Below, piece by piece: positions 31,649-41,046 of a stretch of DNA of 64,000 nt. Source of the stretch: Nitrospirota bacterium (GTDB lineage Bacteria > Nitrospirota > Thermodesulfovibrionia > Thermodesulfovibrionales > JdFR-88). The notes under the pieces are model-generated. The model ran no database searches and was not told the DNA's origin. It saw only the letters and a list, made by a program, of their open reading frames with translations. Each line of letters opens with the position of its first letter. Position 1 is the stretch's first letter. Made by a program: the position numbers and the translations under genes. The DNA lies in contig JAJYJK010000009.1 in NCBI GenBank assembly GCA_021789555.1, forward strand, positions 5,222 to 69,221, written 5' to 3'.

Positions 31649-32305
31649 ATGATTGATTTACACACCCACACTGTCTTGAGCGACGGGGAGTTGCTGCCTT
31701 TCGAACTCGTAAGGCGGGCCGTCGCCGCCGGCTACAAGGCAATCGGCATCACGGACCACGTGGACGCATCCAACATGGACCTGGTCATCCCAAGGATCGT
31801 AAAGGCCGCGAAAAAACTGAGGGGCCTTGTGCCCATTGAAATCATTCCGGGGGCCGAGATAACGCACGCCCCTCCGGAGCTTATAAAGGACATGGTAAAA
31901 GGGGCCAGGGAGCTTGGCGCGTGCCTTGTGATAGTGCATGGCGAAACACTTGCCGAGCCTGTGCTGGAGGGCACAAACCGGGCGGCCATTGAAGCCGGCG
32001 CCGACATACTGGCCCATCCGGGGCTCATTAGCATCGAGGACATCCTCTATGCCAATGAAAAGTCCGTTGCGCTGGAGATAACCTCAAGGAAAGGCCACTC
32101 GATCTCGAACGGCCACGTCGCCCAGACGGCCGTGAAATTCGGCGCCCAGATGGTCATCAACACGGATTCCCACAGTCCGGAAGACCTCATAACCAGGGCC
32201 GGGGCGGAAAGGATACTGATGGGGGCGGGGATCGGGAAGGAGCGCATCTCACTGGTATTCGAGACATCCAAAAACATCATTGAAAAGGCACTGAGGAGGA
32301 TCTGA
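31649..32305 (+). CDS. PHP-domain (histidinol-phosphatase-like) protein
   Basis: MIDLHTHTVLSDG...ITDHVD...HGE...DSH metal-ligand pattern. Confidence 0.7.
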   Translation: MIDLHTHTVLSDGELLPFELVRRAVAAGYKAIGITDHVDASNMDLVIPRIVKAAKKLRGLVPIEIIPGAEITHAPPELIKDMVKGARELGACLVIVHGETLAEPVLEGTNRAAIEAGADILAHPGLISIEDILYANEKSVALEITSRKGHSISNGHVAQTAVKFGAQMVINTDSHSPEDLITRAGAERILMGAGIGKERISLVFETSKNIIEKALRRI

Positions 32306-33045
32306 TGCCCAGACCCATAAAAAAAAGGCCCCAGAAAAAAGCGAAGACCGAAGAGATACCCGTTTACAGCGACCTCAAGCAGACTATCGCGAAGCGCCAG
32401 AAGGCCGTGCTCGTGGGCGTCGTTGCGACCGCCATCGCCCTCGCCCTGGCGGCGGGCATATATTTCCACCACACAGGCGCGGTAAACAGGGCCAACAACT
32501 ATAACGCCAAGGGGTACGCCCTCTTCTACGGGCTCTCCCCGGAGACGCAGCCCGCTTCAAGCCAGCTCAGGTATCAGCAGGCGCTCTCCTGGTTTGAAAA
32601 GGCATACGACGTCAGGGAGTCCGCATACTCCCTCTACTATATCGGGGCCTCCCAGTACGAGCTTGGCCAGTATGCCCAGGCCGTACAAACGCTTTCCCGC
32701 ATTTACAGCCGGTATCCCGATGACGCGCAGTTCGTGCCTCTCTCCCTTTACAAGCTCGCAATGACCGAGTTCAAACTCGGCAAAAACGACGACGCGCTGA
32801 AATACCTGAGGATGATGGAAAACTCCCAGTTCGATTCCCTCAAGGACATGGCCTATTACGAAGACGCAAGGCTCCTGGAGTCCATGGGGGAAGAGGACGA
32901 GGCCAGGCAGAAATTCGCCGAGCTGATCCAGAAGTTCCCGCAATCGACTTATGCCATGGATATCAGGGCCCAGGAAGCCGCCCAGAAGGGCGCGCCGCAA
33001 AAGGGCGCCGCGCAGGGGCCGCGGAAACCGTCTCCCGGCAAATAG
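32305..33045 (+). CDS. Membrane-anchored tetratricopeptide-repeat protein
   Basis: Basic N-terminus, one TM segment, then TPR-like repeats (YYIGASQYELGQYAQAV...). Confidence 0.55.
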   Translation: MPRPIKKRPQKKAKTEEIPVYSDLKQTIAKRQKAVLVGVVATAIALALAAGIYFHHTGAVNRANNYNAKGYALFYGLSPETQPASSQLRYQQALSWFEKAYDVRESAYSLYYIGASQYELGQYAQAVQTLSRIYSRYPDDAQFVPLSLYKLAMTEFKLGKNDDALKYLRMMENSQFDSLKDMAYYEDARLLESMGEEDEARQKFAELIQKFPQSTYAMDIRAQEAAQKGAPQKGAAQGPRKPSPGK

Positions 33046-33062
33046 GATTACGGCGTTTCCGC

Positions 33063-33086
33063 TTAAGAGGAAAAAGCCTCTTTTGA
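33063..33086 (+). terminator. Rho-independent terminator after TPR gene
   Basis: AAGAGGaaaaagCCTCTTTTG. Confidence 0.5.
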
Positions 33087-33194
33087 AGTTTGAACGGGTA
33101 ATCCAACCTTTCAAAGTTTCCGGGGGAGGCGGGCAGGATTTTCTGCAATTAATGGGCCGGTAAAAAAGTACCCACATCAATTTCAAGAGAGCCG
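33077..33194. repeat. Intergenic hairpin-forming repeat element, copy A (long form)
   Basis: About 85% identical over its aligned parts to 61652..61732. Terminal arms CTCTTTTGAAGTT / AATTTCAAGAGAG pair over 13 bp. Confidence 0.55.
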
Positions 33195-33248
33195 GAAAAA
33201 AGGCGGCTGGGGGGCGGCTGGGGTCAAGTCAAGGGCGGGCGGGGCCTG

Positions 33249-34319
33249 TTATCTGCTTGCGACTATATAGGAGGAGCGGTATTCCCCGCTTGGGGGAAGC
33301 AGTATCTTCTGTCCGGACCTGATCCTTTGCCGCCTGGTCTTGAAATTGTTCAGCTCCTCGATAACGGACACCGGGAGCCTAAACCTCCTTGCGATTCGGG
33401 AGAGCGTATCCCGCCGCCGGGCGACATATGATCTAAGCGGGAGTCTCTCCGCCGGGGTCAGCTTGCTCAGGTTTTCGAGGAAGACCATGAGGGTGTTTTT
33501 AGGGACCCTCAGGATATAGCTCTTGACGTCAAGAGGCGTGCACCACCTTGTGATCTCGGGGTTCAAGGCCCTGATCTCCCCGACGCCGACCCCCGCGCAC
33601 CTGGCCGCCACTTCGAGGTCCAGGGGCTGCCAGAGCACGACCTCGTCATAGGAGAAATCGCCTTCGTAGACTATATTGGCGAAGCCGTGGCCTTCGGGGT
33701 CGAGGGCTATGGTCCTTGCCGCCAGGAATTTCGGGACATATTGCTTGGTCTCGTTCCTGAGCCCTCTGGTCTGGCAGAGTTCCCAGTAGCTGTCCTCGCC
33801 CACCTTTTCGACTGCGCGTTTGACGGCCCCCTCACCGGCGTTGTAGGCCGCCATGGCCAGCCCCCAGGAGCCGAACATGTTGTGCAGGTCCCTCAGATAC
33901 ATGGCCGCCGCCATCGTGGATTTTATGGGGTCTCGCCTCTCGTCTATCCACCAGTTAATCTTGAGGCCGTACCTCTTTGCCGTGGCGGAGACGAACTGCC
34001 AGGGGCCGACCGCCCTGGCCCTCGAGTACGCATACGGGTTGAAGCCGCTCTCTATCATCGACAAAAACACGATGTCCTTGGGGATATCGTTTTCAGAGAG
34101 GATGTGCTCCATCACCGAGACGTATCTGTTTGAACGGGCAAGCCAGAGGGAGAAAGGCTTTTTGAGGTCGTCCGTAAAGACGTTCAGATATTTCGCCACC
34201 GCCTTTTCCGCGAGGGGACTGTCCTCGAGGGCGGATATGAAGCCGTTGTCGTCCGCAGCCCATGCGGCGCGGGCGAAGATAAAAGTGACCAGCATCACAA
34301 CAAGCAAACACCTTCTCAT
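33249..34319 (-). CDS. Lytic transglycosylase (SLT domain) with C-terminal LysM
   Basis: Signal peptide MRRCLLVVMLVTFIFARAAWA. MIESGFNPYAYSRARAVGPWQF. LysM-like YVARRRDTLSRIARRF. Confidence 0.8.
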   Translation of the reverse strand: MRRCLLVVMLVTFIFARAAWAADDNGFISALEDSPLAEKAVAKYLNVFTDDLKKPFSLWLARSNRYVSVMEHILSENDIPKDIVFLSMIESGFNPYAYSRARAVGPWQFVSATAKRYGLKINWWIDERRDPIKSTMAAAMYLRDLHNMFGSWGLAMAAYNAGEGAVKRAVEKVGEDSYWELCQTRGLRNETKQYVPKFLAARTIALDPEGHGFANIVYEGDFSYDEVVLWQPLDLEVAARCAGVGVGEIRALNPEITRWCTPLDVKSYILRVPKNTLMVFLENLSKLTPAERLPLRSYVARRRDTLSRIARRFRLPVSVIEELNNFKTRRQRIRSGQKILLPPSGEYRSSYIVASR

Positions 34320-34480
34320 CGCGTCCCTTCCGGCCCCCCCTTTGCGGCCGCCTTTATTTTCTATCGCATGCAGGCGCCGGTTGTCAAGCAATTTCTGCCG
34401 TAATGTCAATTTCCGCCGTTATGTTTACAGGGAAGCGCCCGCAGGGTTATACTACAAGCTTAAAAAAGGAAGGGAGACCC

Positions 34481-36745
34481 ATGGCCGTCAATCTAAAACT
34501 GAAACCGAGGCCCGTTGTCTTGGCGTGCCTGTCTCTGCTGCTCCTGTTTACGGCCCTGGGCAGCGCCCGCGCGGCGGAACCCACGGTAATCGGCATCGAG
34601 ATAAGGGGATTAAAGAGGATAGAGGAAGGCGTGGTGCGGAGGCTGATATCCCAGCAGGTGGGAGAACCGCTGTCGCCGCAGAAGATAACCACCGATATCA
34701 AGCACCTCTACCAGACGGGCTACTTCGAGGACGTGAAGGTCGAAGGGGAGCCCTTCGAGGGCGGCCTGAAACTCATTTATGTCGTGAGGGAAAAACCGAC
34801 CATCCGGAAGATCGATTTCTACGGCAACAAGGAAGTCAAGACCGAGGACATCCAGAAACAGATAAAGATATCGCCGGGCTCGGTCGCCGACACGGTGCTC
34901 ATAAACGACAACGCGTCCAAGATCACGGCCTATTATGAATCCGAGGGCTACAGCCTCACCCGGGTGGTGCCGGTCGTCAGGACCACGGCCGCAAACCAGG
35001 CGGTCCTCACCTACGTGATAAACGAGGGGCCGAGGATAAAGATAAAAGAGATAAGGTTCACCGGCAACAAGGCCCTGAAAAGCGGCGAGATACGCGCCGC
35101 GATGAAGAGCAAGCCCCGCCGCTTCTTCTCCTTCCTCTTCAAGAGCGGCTATTACAAGAAAGACGACCTCCTGGCGGACAGTGAACGCATCAAGGACCTC
35201 TACTTCGACCACGGCTACATACAGGCCGTGGCCCAGGACCCGAAGACCACCCTGACCCCCGACAAGAAATGGGCGATAATAACCTACGCGATACAGGAGG
35301 GCGAGCAGTTCAGGGTCTCGAAGACAAGCTTCGCGGGCAACAAGATAGTCGGCACTGAGGAGCTCCGGCAGCTGCTCGCGACAAAGGTGGGCGAGCCCGT
35401 AAGCAGAAAGCTCGTGCGGCAGGACGTCATAGACCTCACTGACAGGTACTCCGAACACGGATACGCCCTGGCGGTCATCAACCCGGAGCTCATTCCGGAT
35501 GCGAAAAAAAAGACGGTCGCCATCATATACCGCATATCCGAGGGGGACATCTACCACATCGGCAGGATCGAGATATCCGGCAACCAGAAGACGAGGGACT
35601 GGGTCATAAGGAGGGAGGTCCTCCTCAATGAAGGCGACATCTTCAACAGCAAACTGCTCCGGAAAAGCTATGAGAGGATAAACAACCTGAACTTCTTCGA
35701 CAGCGTCACGATGGACCCCCAGCCCGTGCCTCCCAAAAAGGAGGTCAACGTGGACATAAACGTCAAGGAAAGGCCGACGGGCTTTCTCAGCGTCGGCGGC
35801 GGGTACAGCTCCGTCAACAAGATAATCGGCATGGTCGACATCACGCAGGGCAACCTGGGCGGCAGGGGACAGGCTATCACATTGAAGGGCGAACTGGGCG
35901 GGCTCTCCAGCTATTACGAGTTTTCGTTCAAGGAGCCGTGGCTCTTCGGCCGCCGGCTGTCGCTCACCACTTCCATCTACAAGCAGCGCCAGGACTACCT
36001 GGACTACAACAGGGAGGCCACCGGGGGCGAGATAGGCCTGAGCAAGCCCATATCCGAGAACACATGGATAAGCGCGGACTACAGGCTGGAGGACGCAACG
36101 ATAACGAACATACTCTCCGACGCCTCCCCCATAATACAGGACCAGGCCGGCACAAGGCTCACAAGCAGCATCACGCCGGGGATCGTCAGGGACACGAGGG
36201 ACAACTACCTGGACCCGCACACGGGCTCCAGAAACAGCCTCTATGTCACCTTCGCGGGCATAGGCGGGGACAATAAATTCCTGAAGGTGGTGGCCGAGTC
36301 CGGGTGGTTCCTGCCGGTCACGAGGACGACCACGGTCTCGCTCCACGGGGTCCTGGGATACGGCACGGGGCTCCTCGGCCAGGAACTGCCCCTCTACGAG
36401 AGGTTTTATGTCGGCGGTATATATACCGTAAGAGGGCTTGCCTTCGGCGAGGGCGGCCCGCTGGACATTAACGGGCAGCCCATCGGCGGCAAGAACGAGG
36501 TGATCGGCAATTTCGATTACATCTACCCCCTCGTAAGCGCCATAAAGCTGAAGGGCGATGTATTCTTCGACACCGGCACGGCTTACGATTCGCTCGTGCC
36601 CAGGGATTTCAGGTACACGTCCGGCCTCGGCATAAGATGGATCTCGCCGCTGGGCCCCATAAGGCTGGAGTGGGGCTATAACCTGAATAAGAAACCGGGA
36701 GAGCAGACCAGCAGGTTCGAGTTTGCCTTCGGGACGTTCTTTTAG
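34481..36745 (+). CDS. bamA: Outer membrane protein assembly factor BamA
   Basis: Signal peptide, five POTRA-like repeats, and a C-terminal barrel ending in RFEFAFGTFF. Start at ATG 34481 with a GGAAGGGAG SD. Confidence 0.95.
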   Translation: MAVNLKLKPRPVVLACLSLLLLFTALGSARAAEPTVIGIEIRGLKRIEEGVVRRLISQQVGEPLSPQKITTDIKHLYQTGYFEDVKVEGEPFEGGLKLIYVVREKPTIRKIDFYGNKEVKTEDIQKQIKISPGSVADTVLINDNASKITAYYESEGYSLTRVVPVVRTTAANQAVLTYVINEGPRIKIKEIRFTGNKALKSGEIRAAMKSKPRRFFSFLFKSGYYKKDDLLADSERIKDLYFDHGYIQAVAQDPKTTLTPDKKWAIITYAIQEGEQFRVSKTSFAGNKIVGTEELRQLLATKVGEPVSRKLVRQDVIDLTDRYSEHGYALAVINPELIPDAKKKTVAIIYRISEGDIYHIGRIEISGNQKTRDWVIRREVLLNEGDIFNSKLLRKSYERINNLNFFDSVTMDPQPVPPKKEVNVDINVKERPTGFLSVGGGYSSVNKIIGMVDITQGNLGGRGQAITLKGELGGLSSYYEFSFKEPWLFGRRLSLTTSIYKQRQDYLDYNREATGGEIGLSKPISENTWISADYRLEDATITNILSDASPIIQDQAGTRLTSSITPGIVRDTRDNYLDPHTGSRNSLYVTFAGIGGDNKFLKVVAESGWFLPVTRTTTVSLHGVLGYGTGLLGQELPLYERFYVGGIYTVRGLAFGEGGPLDINGQPIGGKNEVIGNFDYIYPLVSAIKLKGDVFFDTGTAYDSLVPRDFRYTSGLGIRWISPLGPIRLEWGYNLNKKPGEQTSRFEFAFGTFF

Positions 36746-36849
36746 TTTAGAAAAAAAGCGGGTTTTTAGTTTAAATATAGACGGGTTTTTAGTTTAAAGA
36801 CCGGCCCGAGCGGGCCTTGAAAATCCCGAAGAGGGTAAAAGGAGGAACA

Positions 36850-37416
36850 ATGAAAAAGATAATCCTGATGACGGCGGCATTCCTGATGCTGGCTGCGGCA
36901 ACGGCTTTCGGGGCCCAGGCAGGCGGCCAGGGCGCAGGCGTGAAGATAGGTTATGTGGACCTTCAGAGGGCCCTGAACGAGTGCAACGCGGGCAAGGCCG
37001 CGAAGGCCGATCTCCAGGGCATGATGAAACAACTGCAGTCCACCATAGACCAGAAGGTCAGCGAAACGGAGAAACTGAAGGCCGAACTCGAAAAACAGGC
37101 CCTGGTGCTCTCGCCGGAGGCCAGGAAGCAGAAACAAGACGCCATCGAAAAGCTCACCAAGGAGACCCAGGCCCTCATCAGCAACTCCAACTCCGAGATG
37201 CAGAAGAAGCAGCGGCTGAAGGAAATCGCCATCCTCAAGAAAATAAAGGCCGTCATAGATGACATCGGCACGAAGGGGGACTATCTCGTCATACTGCCGG
37301 CCGACGTCATCCTCTATTCCAGAAACGGGATAGAGGTCACGGACGAGGTCATAAGCCGCGTGAACCAGATGGGCTCAAAGTCCGCCCCCAGGGCGCCGGC
37401 AAAAAGCGGCAAGTAA
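36850..37416 (+). CDS. skp: OmpH/Skp periplasmic chaperone
   Basis: Signal peptide plus a coiled-coil region, KIGYVDLQRAL. Sits between bamA and lpxD. Confidence 0.85.
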   Translation: MKKIILMTAAFLMLAAATAFGAQAGGQGAGVKIGYVDLQRALNECNAGKAAKADLQGMMKQLQSTIDQKVSETEKLKAELEKQALVLSPEARKQKQDAIEKLTKETQALISNSNSEMQKKQRLKEIAILKKIKAVIDDIGTKGDYLVILPADVILYSRNGIEVTDEVISRVNQMGSKSAPRAPAKSGK

Positions 37417-37436
37417 GGCCGAAGGCCCCACAAGGG

Positions 37437-38471
37437 ATGAAGCTGTCGGAGATAGCGGGTCTTCTGGGCGGCGCGCTGCATGGAGACCCGGAGACGGAGA
37501 TAACCGGGGTGGGCGGGATTGATGATGCGGGCCCCGGGGACATCACTTTTCTGCTGAAGGCCTCGCTGCTGCCGATGGCCGATAAATCGCAGGCGGCCTG
37601 CGTGCTTGTAAGCAAGGAGATGGAAGGCCTGCGGAAAAACCAGCTCGTGGTGCCGGACCCGCAGCTCGCCTTCATCCGGCTCCTGGGACATTTTTATCCG
37701 CCCGCCCGCAGACCGGCGGGCATCAGCCCCGGGGCCACCGTCTCGAGGGGGGCCGGGATAGATTCGGCCGCGGCGGTCCTGCCGCTGGTCTTTATCGATG
37801 AAGAAGCCAGGGTAGGCGCCGGAAGCGTTCTCTATCCGGGCGTCTTCGTGGGCAGGAACTCCGAGATCGGCCGTGACTGCACGCTTTACCCGAATGTGAC
37901 GGTGCGCGAGGGCGTGACTATTGGCGACAGGGTCACAATCCACGCAGGCAGCGTAATCGGGGCCGACGGCTTCGGCTACGTGATGCGCGAGGGCAAGCAC
38001 ATAAAAATACCGCAGGTGGGCGGGGTCGTCATAGAGGACGACGTGGAGATAGGGGCCTGCGCCACGATAGACCGCGCCACCACCGGCAATACCTTCATCG
38101 GCAGAGGCGCAAAGATTGACAACCTTGTGCAGATAGCGCATAACGTGAGGATCGGGCCCGGCTCGATAATCGTGGCCCAGGCCGGGATAGCGGGAAGCTC
38201 CGTGCTCGGCCGCTATGTGGTCATAGCCGGGCAGGCGGGCATCGCCGATCACGTGAGCATCGCCGAGGGGGCCATAGTCGGGGCCAATTCCGGCGTAATG
38301 CCGGGCACGAGGCTCGAAAAGGGCGCCTATGCGGGCTCACCCGTGCTCCCCCACAGGCAGTGGCTGAGGGCGATGGCGCTGACGGCCAGGCTGCCGGAGC
38401 TTGAAAAAAGGCTCCAGGCGCTCGAAAGGAGGTTTTCAAAAGAAGAGGATGATGAACGTCAAAGAGATTGA
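37437..38471 (+). CDS. lpxD: UDP-3-O-acylglucosamine N-acyltransferase
   Basis: Hexapeptide repeats; GFGY...KIPQVGGVVIEDDVEIGA. Confidence 0.95.
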   Translation: MKLSEIAGLLGGALHGDPETEITGVGGIDDAGPGDITFLLKASLLPMADKSQAACVLVSKEMEGLRKNQLVVPDPQLAFIRLLGHFYPPARRPAGISPGATVSRGAGIDSAAAVLPLVFIDEEARVGAGSVLYPGVFVGRNSEIGRDCTLYPNVTVREGVTIGDRVTIHAGSVIGADGFGYVMREGKHIKIPQVGGVVIEDDVEIGACATIDRATTGNTFIGRGAKIDNLVQIAHNVRIGPGSIIVAQAGIAGSSVLGRYVVIAGQAGIADHVSIAEGAIVGANSGVMPGTRLEKGAYAGSPVLPHRQWLRAMALTARLPELEKRLQALERRFSKEEDDERQRD

Positions 38472-38880
38472 ATCCATTCTGCCCCACAGGTTCCCCTTCC
38501 TGCTCGTGGACCGGATAATAGAGATGGTCCCCGGAGAGAAGGCCGTGGGGGTGAAAAACGCAACCATCAACGAGCACTTCTTCTGCGGCCATTTCCCCGG
38601 AAACCCCATAATGCCCGGCGTGCTGATAGTGGAGGCCCTGGCGCAGACGGCCGGCGTGCTCGCCTTCAAATCCGGCATGCAGGGCAAGGCGGTATACTTC
38701 ATGAGCATCGAGAAGGTGAAATTCAGGAAACCGGTCATCCCGGGGGACCAGGTGCGCCTGGAGGTCAAAGTGCTCCAGCAGAGGGGGAAGGTCTGGAAAT
38801 TCGCGGGGCAGGCGGTCGTCGACGGCAAGGTCGCGTCCGAGGCGGAGTTCACGGCAATGATGAGCGACGGGGAGATCTGA
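38449..38880 (+). CDS. fabZ: 3-hydroxyacyl-ACP dehydratase FabZ
   Basis: ILPHRFPFLLVDRI, NEHFFCGHFPGNPIMPGVLIVEA. Confidence 0.95.
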   Translation: MMNVKEIESILPHRFPFLLVDRIIEMVPGEKAVGVKNATINEHFFCGHFPGNPIMPGVLIVEALAQTAGVLAFKSGMQGKAVYFMSIEKVKFRKPVIPGDQVRLEVKVLQQRGKVWKFAGQAVVDGKVASEAEFTAMMSDGEI

Positions 38881-38886
38881 AAAAAA

Positions 38887-39684
38887 ATGAAAATCCACCC
38901 TACTGCCATCGTCCATGAGAAGGCCACAATTTCCAGAGACGCCTCGATTGGCCCCTATTGCGTGATCGGGGAGGGGGTCAGGATATCCCAGGGGGTCAAA
39001 CTGTTCAACAACGTCGTAGTGGAGGGCGACACCGAGATAGGGCCCGGTTCCGTCATATATCCGTTTGCGTACATCGGGGGGCCGCCGCAGGACCTGAAAT
39101 ATGACGGCGAAAAGACAGGCGTCAGGGTCGGCCGGGGCAATACGATAAGGGAATACGTGACCATCCACAGGGGTTCGGTCGGGGGCGACGGCTTCACGAC
39201 CATCGGCGACAACAATTTCATAATGGCTTACGCCCATATAGCCCACGACTGCCGGATAGGAAGCAGCGTGATAATGGCCAACGCCGTCACCATCGGCGGC
39301 CATGTGGAGGTGCAGGACAACGCCAACCTGGGCGGCGTCATCGCCGTCCACCAGTTCACGCGCATAGGCGCGTATTCGATGACCGGCGGGTTCAGCGGCA
39401 TAGGGCAGGACATCCCTCCCTACACCATCGCCTCGGGCCCCAGGGCGAAGCTCTACGGCCTGAACCTCCTCGGCTTGAAGCGGTACGGCTTTTCAAAGGA
39501 GACCATCGAAGACCTCTCGAAGGCGTATAAAATACTCTTCAGGAGCAAGCAGACGCTGAAAGAGGCGATAAAGAAGGCCCAGGAAGAGCTCCCCTGCACG
39601 CCGGAGCTCGAGCGCCTCCTTGAATTCGTGAAAACATCCAAACGCGGCGTCTGCAGGCCGACAACCGCAAAGATCCCGTTTTAA
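38887..39684 (+). CDS. lpxA: Acyl-ACP:UDP-GlcNAc O-acyltransferase
   Basis: MKIHPTAIV..., hexapeptide repeats, GLNLLGLKRYGF. Confidence 0.95.
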   Translation: MKIHPTAIVHEKATISRDASIGPYCVIGEGVRISQGVKLFNNVVVEGDTEIGPGSVIYPFAYIGGPPQDLKYDGEKTGVRVGRGNTIREYVTIHRGSVGGDGFTTIGDNNFIMAYAHIAHDCRIGSSVIMANAVTIGGHVEVQDNANLGGVIAVHQFTRIGAYSMTGGFSGIGQDIPPYTIASGPRAKLYGLNLLGLKRYGFSKETIEDLSKAYKILFRSKQTLKEAIKKAQEELPCTPELERLLEFVKTSKRGVCRPTTAKIPF

Positions 39685-39689
39685 CGCAA

Positions 39690-40505
39690 GTGAAGACCAT
39701 AGGGCTTATAGCGGGAATGGGGAAACTGCCCCGCGTCATCGCAAGGGACGCCAGGGAGCGCGGATACCGCGTGGTGGCCGTGATGCTCGAGCCCGTGGCC
39801 GACGACGAGAAGCTTGAAGGCGCGGTGGACATCCTGGAGAGGATAAATGTCGGGAAGCTGGGAAGGATATTCGAGGCGCTCAAAAAAAACGGCGTGACCG
39901 AGGCGGTGATGGCGGGCAAGGTCCCGAAGGAGCTTGTCTATAAAAGCCGCGTGACCCCGGACTTAAGGGCGATGAGGCTCTTGTGGTCCCTGAAGGACAG
40001 AAGCGACGACACCGTCCTTCTGGCCCTCACGCGCGAGTTGGAAAAAGAGGGCATAAGGCTACTGGACACCACCACGTTTTGCGGCGATATCCTCGTTGCC
40101 GCGGGCGCGCTGACGAGGAAGGAGCCGACAAAATCCCAATGGAAGGACATCGAATTCGGCTTCCGGATGTCGAAGGAGCTGGGCAGGCTGGACATCGGGC
40201 AGACGGTCGTCGTAAAGGACCTTGCCGTAATGGCGGTGGAGGCGATTGAAGGCACGGACAAGGCCATAAAAAGGGGCGGAAGACTTGCAAACGGCGGCGC
40301 GGTGGTTGTGAAGACCGCGAAGCCCAGGCAGGACATGCGCTTCGACGTCCCCGTGGCCGGCCTGAGCACGATACACGCGATGATCGAGGCGGAGGCCTCC
40401 GTGCTCGCCCTCGAGGCCGGAAAGACCATCCTCCTCGACGGGCAAAAAGTAAAGGCCGAGGCCGCCGAGGCGGGCATCGCCATCGTCGGTTGCAGTTTCA
40501 AGTAA
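39690..40505 (+). CDS. lpxI: UDP-2,3-diacylglucosamine diphosphatase LpxI (DUF1009)
   Basis: GLIAGMGKLP..., DIGQTVVVKDLAVMAVEAIEGTD. GTG start. Position after lpxA. Confidence 0.75.
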   Translation: MKTIGLIAGMGKLPRVIARDARERGYRVVAVMLEPVADDEKLEGAVDILERINVGKLGRIFEALKKNGVTEAVMAGKVPKELVYKSRVTPDLRAMRLLWSLKDRSDDTVLLALTRELEKEGIRLLDTTTFCGDILVAAGALTRKEPTKSQWKDIEFGFRMSKELGRLDIGQTVVVKDLAVMAVEAIEGTDKAIKRGGRLANGGAVVVKTAKPRQDMRFDVPVAGLSTIHAMIEAEASVLALEAGKTILLDGQKVKAEAAEAGIAIVGCSFK

Positions 40506-40594
40506 GAAAACCCGGACCCTCCCCTTCAAAAAACCCGCAGGATGTGCTATATGTAATTTGATTGCTTCAGAAATCACCTTGCAAGGAGGAAGAT

Positions 40595-40870
40595 ATGCCA
40601 GCAAAAAAAGCCGACGCAAAAAAAACAACGGGCGCTGCGAAGCCTGGAAAGACGGCCGCAAAACCTTCGGCGAAAAAGGTGAAGGCGCCTTCGAAGACCA
40701 GAAAGCCCGCCGCGAAGACGGCAAAAAGGACCGCCCCCGGGAAAGCGGCCGCCGCAAAGACCCCGCGCTACGGCTGCGAGGTCTGCGGCCTTGTTGTCAG
40801 TGTCGATGAATGGGGGGAGATGAACATCGTGAACCTGGTCTGCTGCGGAGAGCAGATGCAGCCGGAATAA
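40595..40870 (+). CDS. Lys/Ala/Pro-rich (histone H1-like) tail fused to a desulforedoxin-type Fe(Cys)4 domain
   Basis: ATG 40595 with an AAGGAGG SD. The N-terminal ~55 aa read AKKADAKKTTGAAKPGKTAAKPSAKKVKAP.... The C-terminus YGCEVCGLVVSVDEWG...LVCCGEQM matches the desulforedoxin motif Y-x-C-E-x-C-G-x-V-V...L-V-C-C-G-E-x-M. Confidence 0.7.
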   Translation: MPAKKADAKKTTGAAKPGKTAAKPSAKKVKAPSKTRKPAAKTAKRTAPGKAAAAKTPRYGCEVCGLVVSVDEWGEMNIVNLVCCGEQMQPE

Positions 40871-41046
40871 AGAGGCCGGACCCCTTTGACTGTAAGCTGC
40901 TTTCCGAATTTTTCATGGGAGAGCAGAGAGCGATGTAACCGGCGTAGTGACCGGCATGAAGAGGCGGCCTTGACTGAGGGCGCCCCGGCGCAACTCTTGT
41001 CTTCCCGGATCGGTCCGGCTCCGCAGCCGCACGCGGCGGGCCGCCC

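Noticed and set aside
34610-36346. 578-aa ORF antisense to bamA (similar cases: 15415..16545, 38221..39351, 42440..43735, 52887..54290, 57330..58295)
   Set aside because: All of these overlap well-supported housekeeping genes on the other strand and show the same Arg/Gly/Pro-rich antisense composition.
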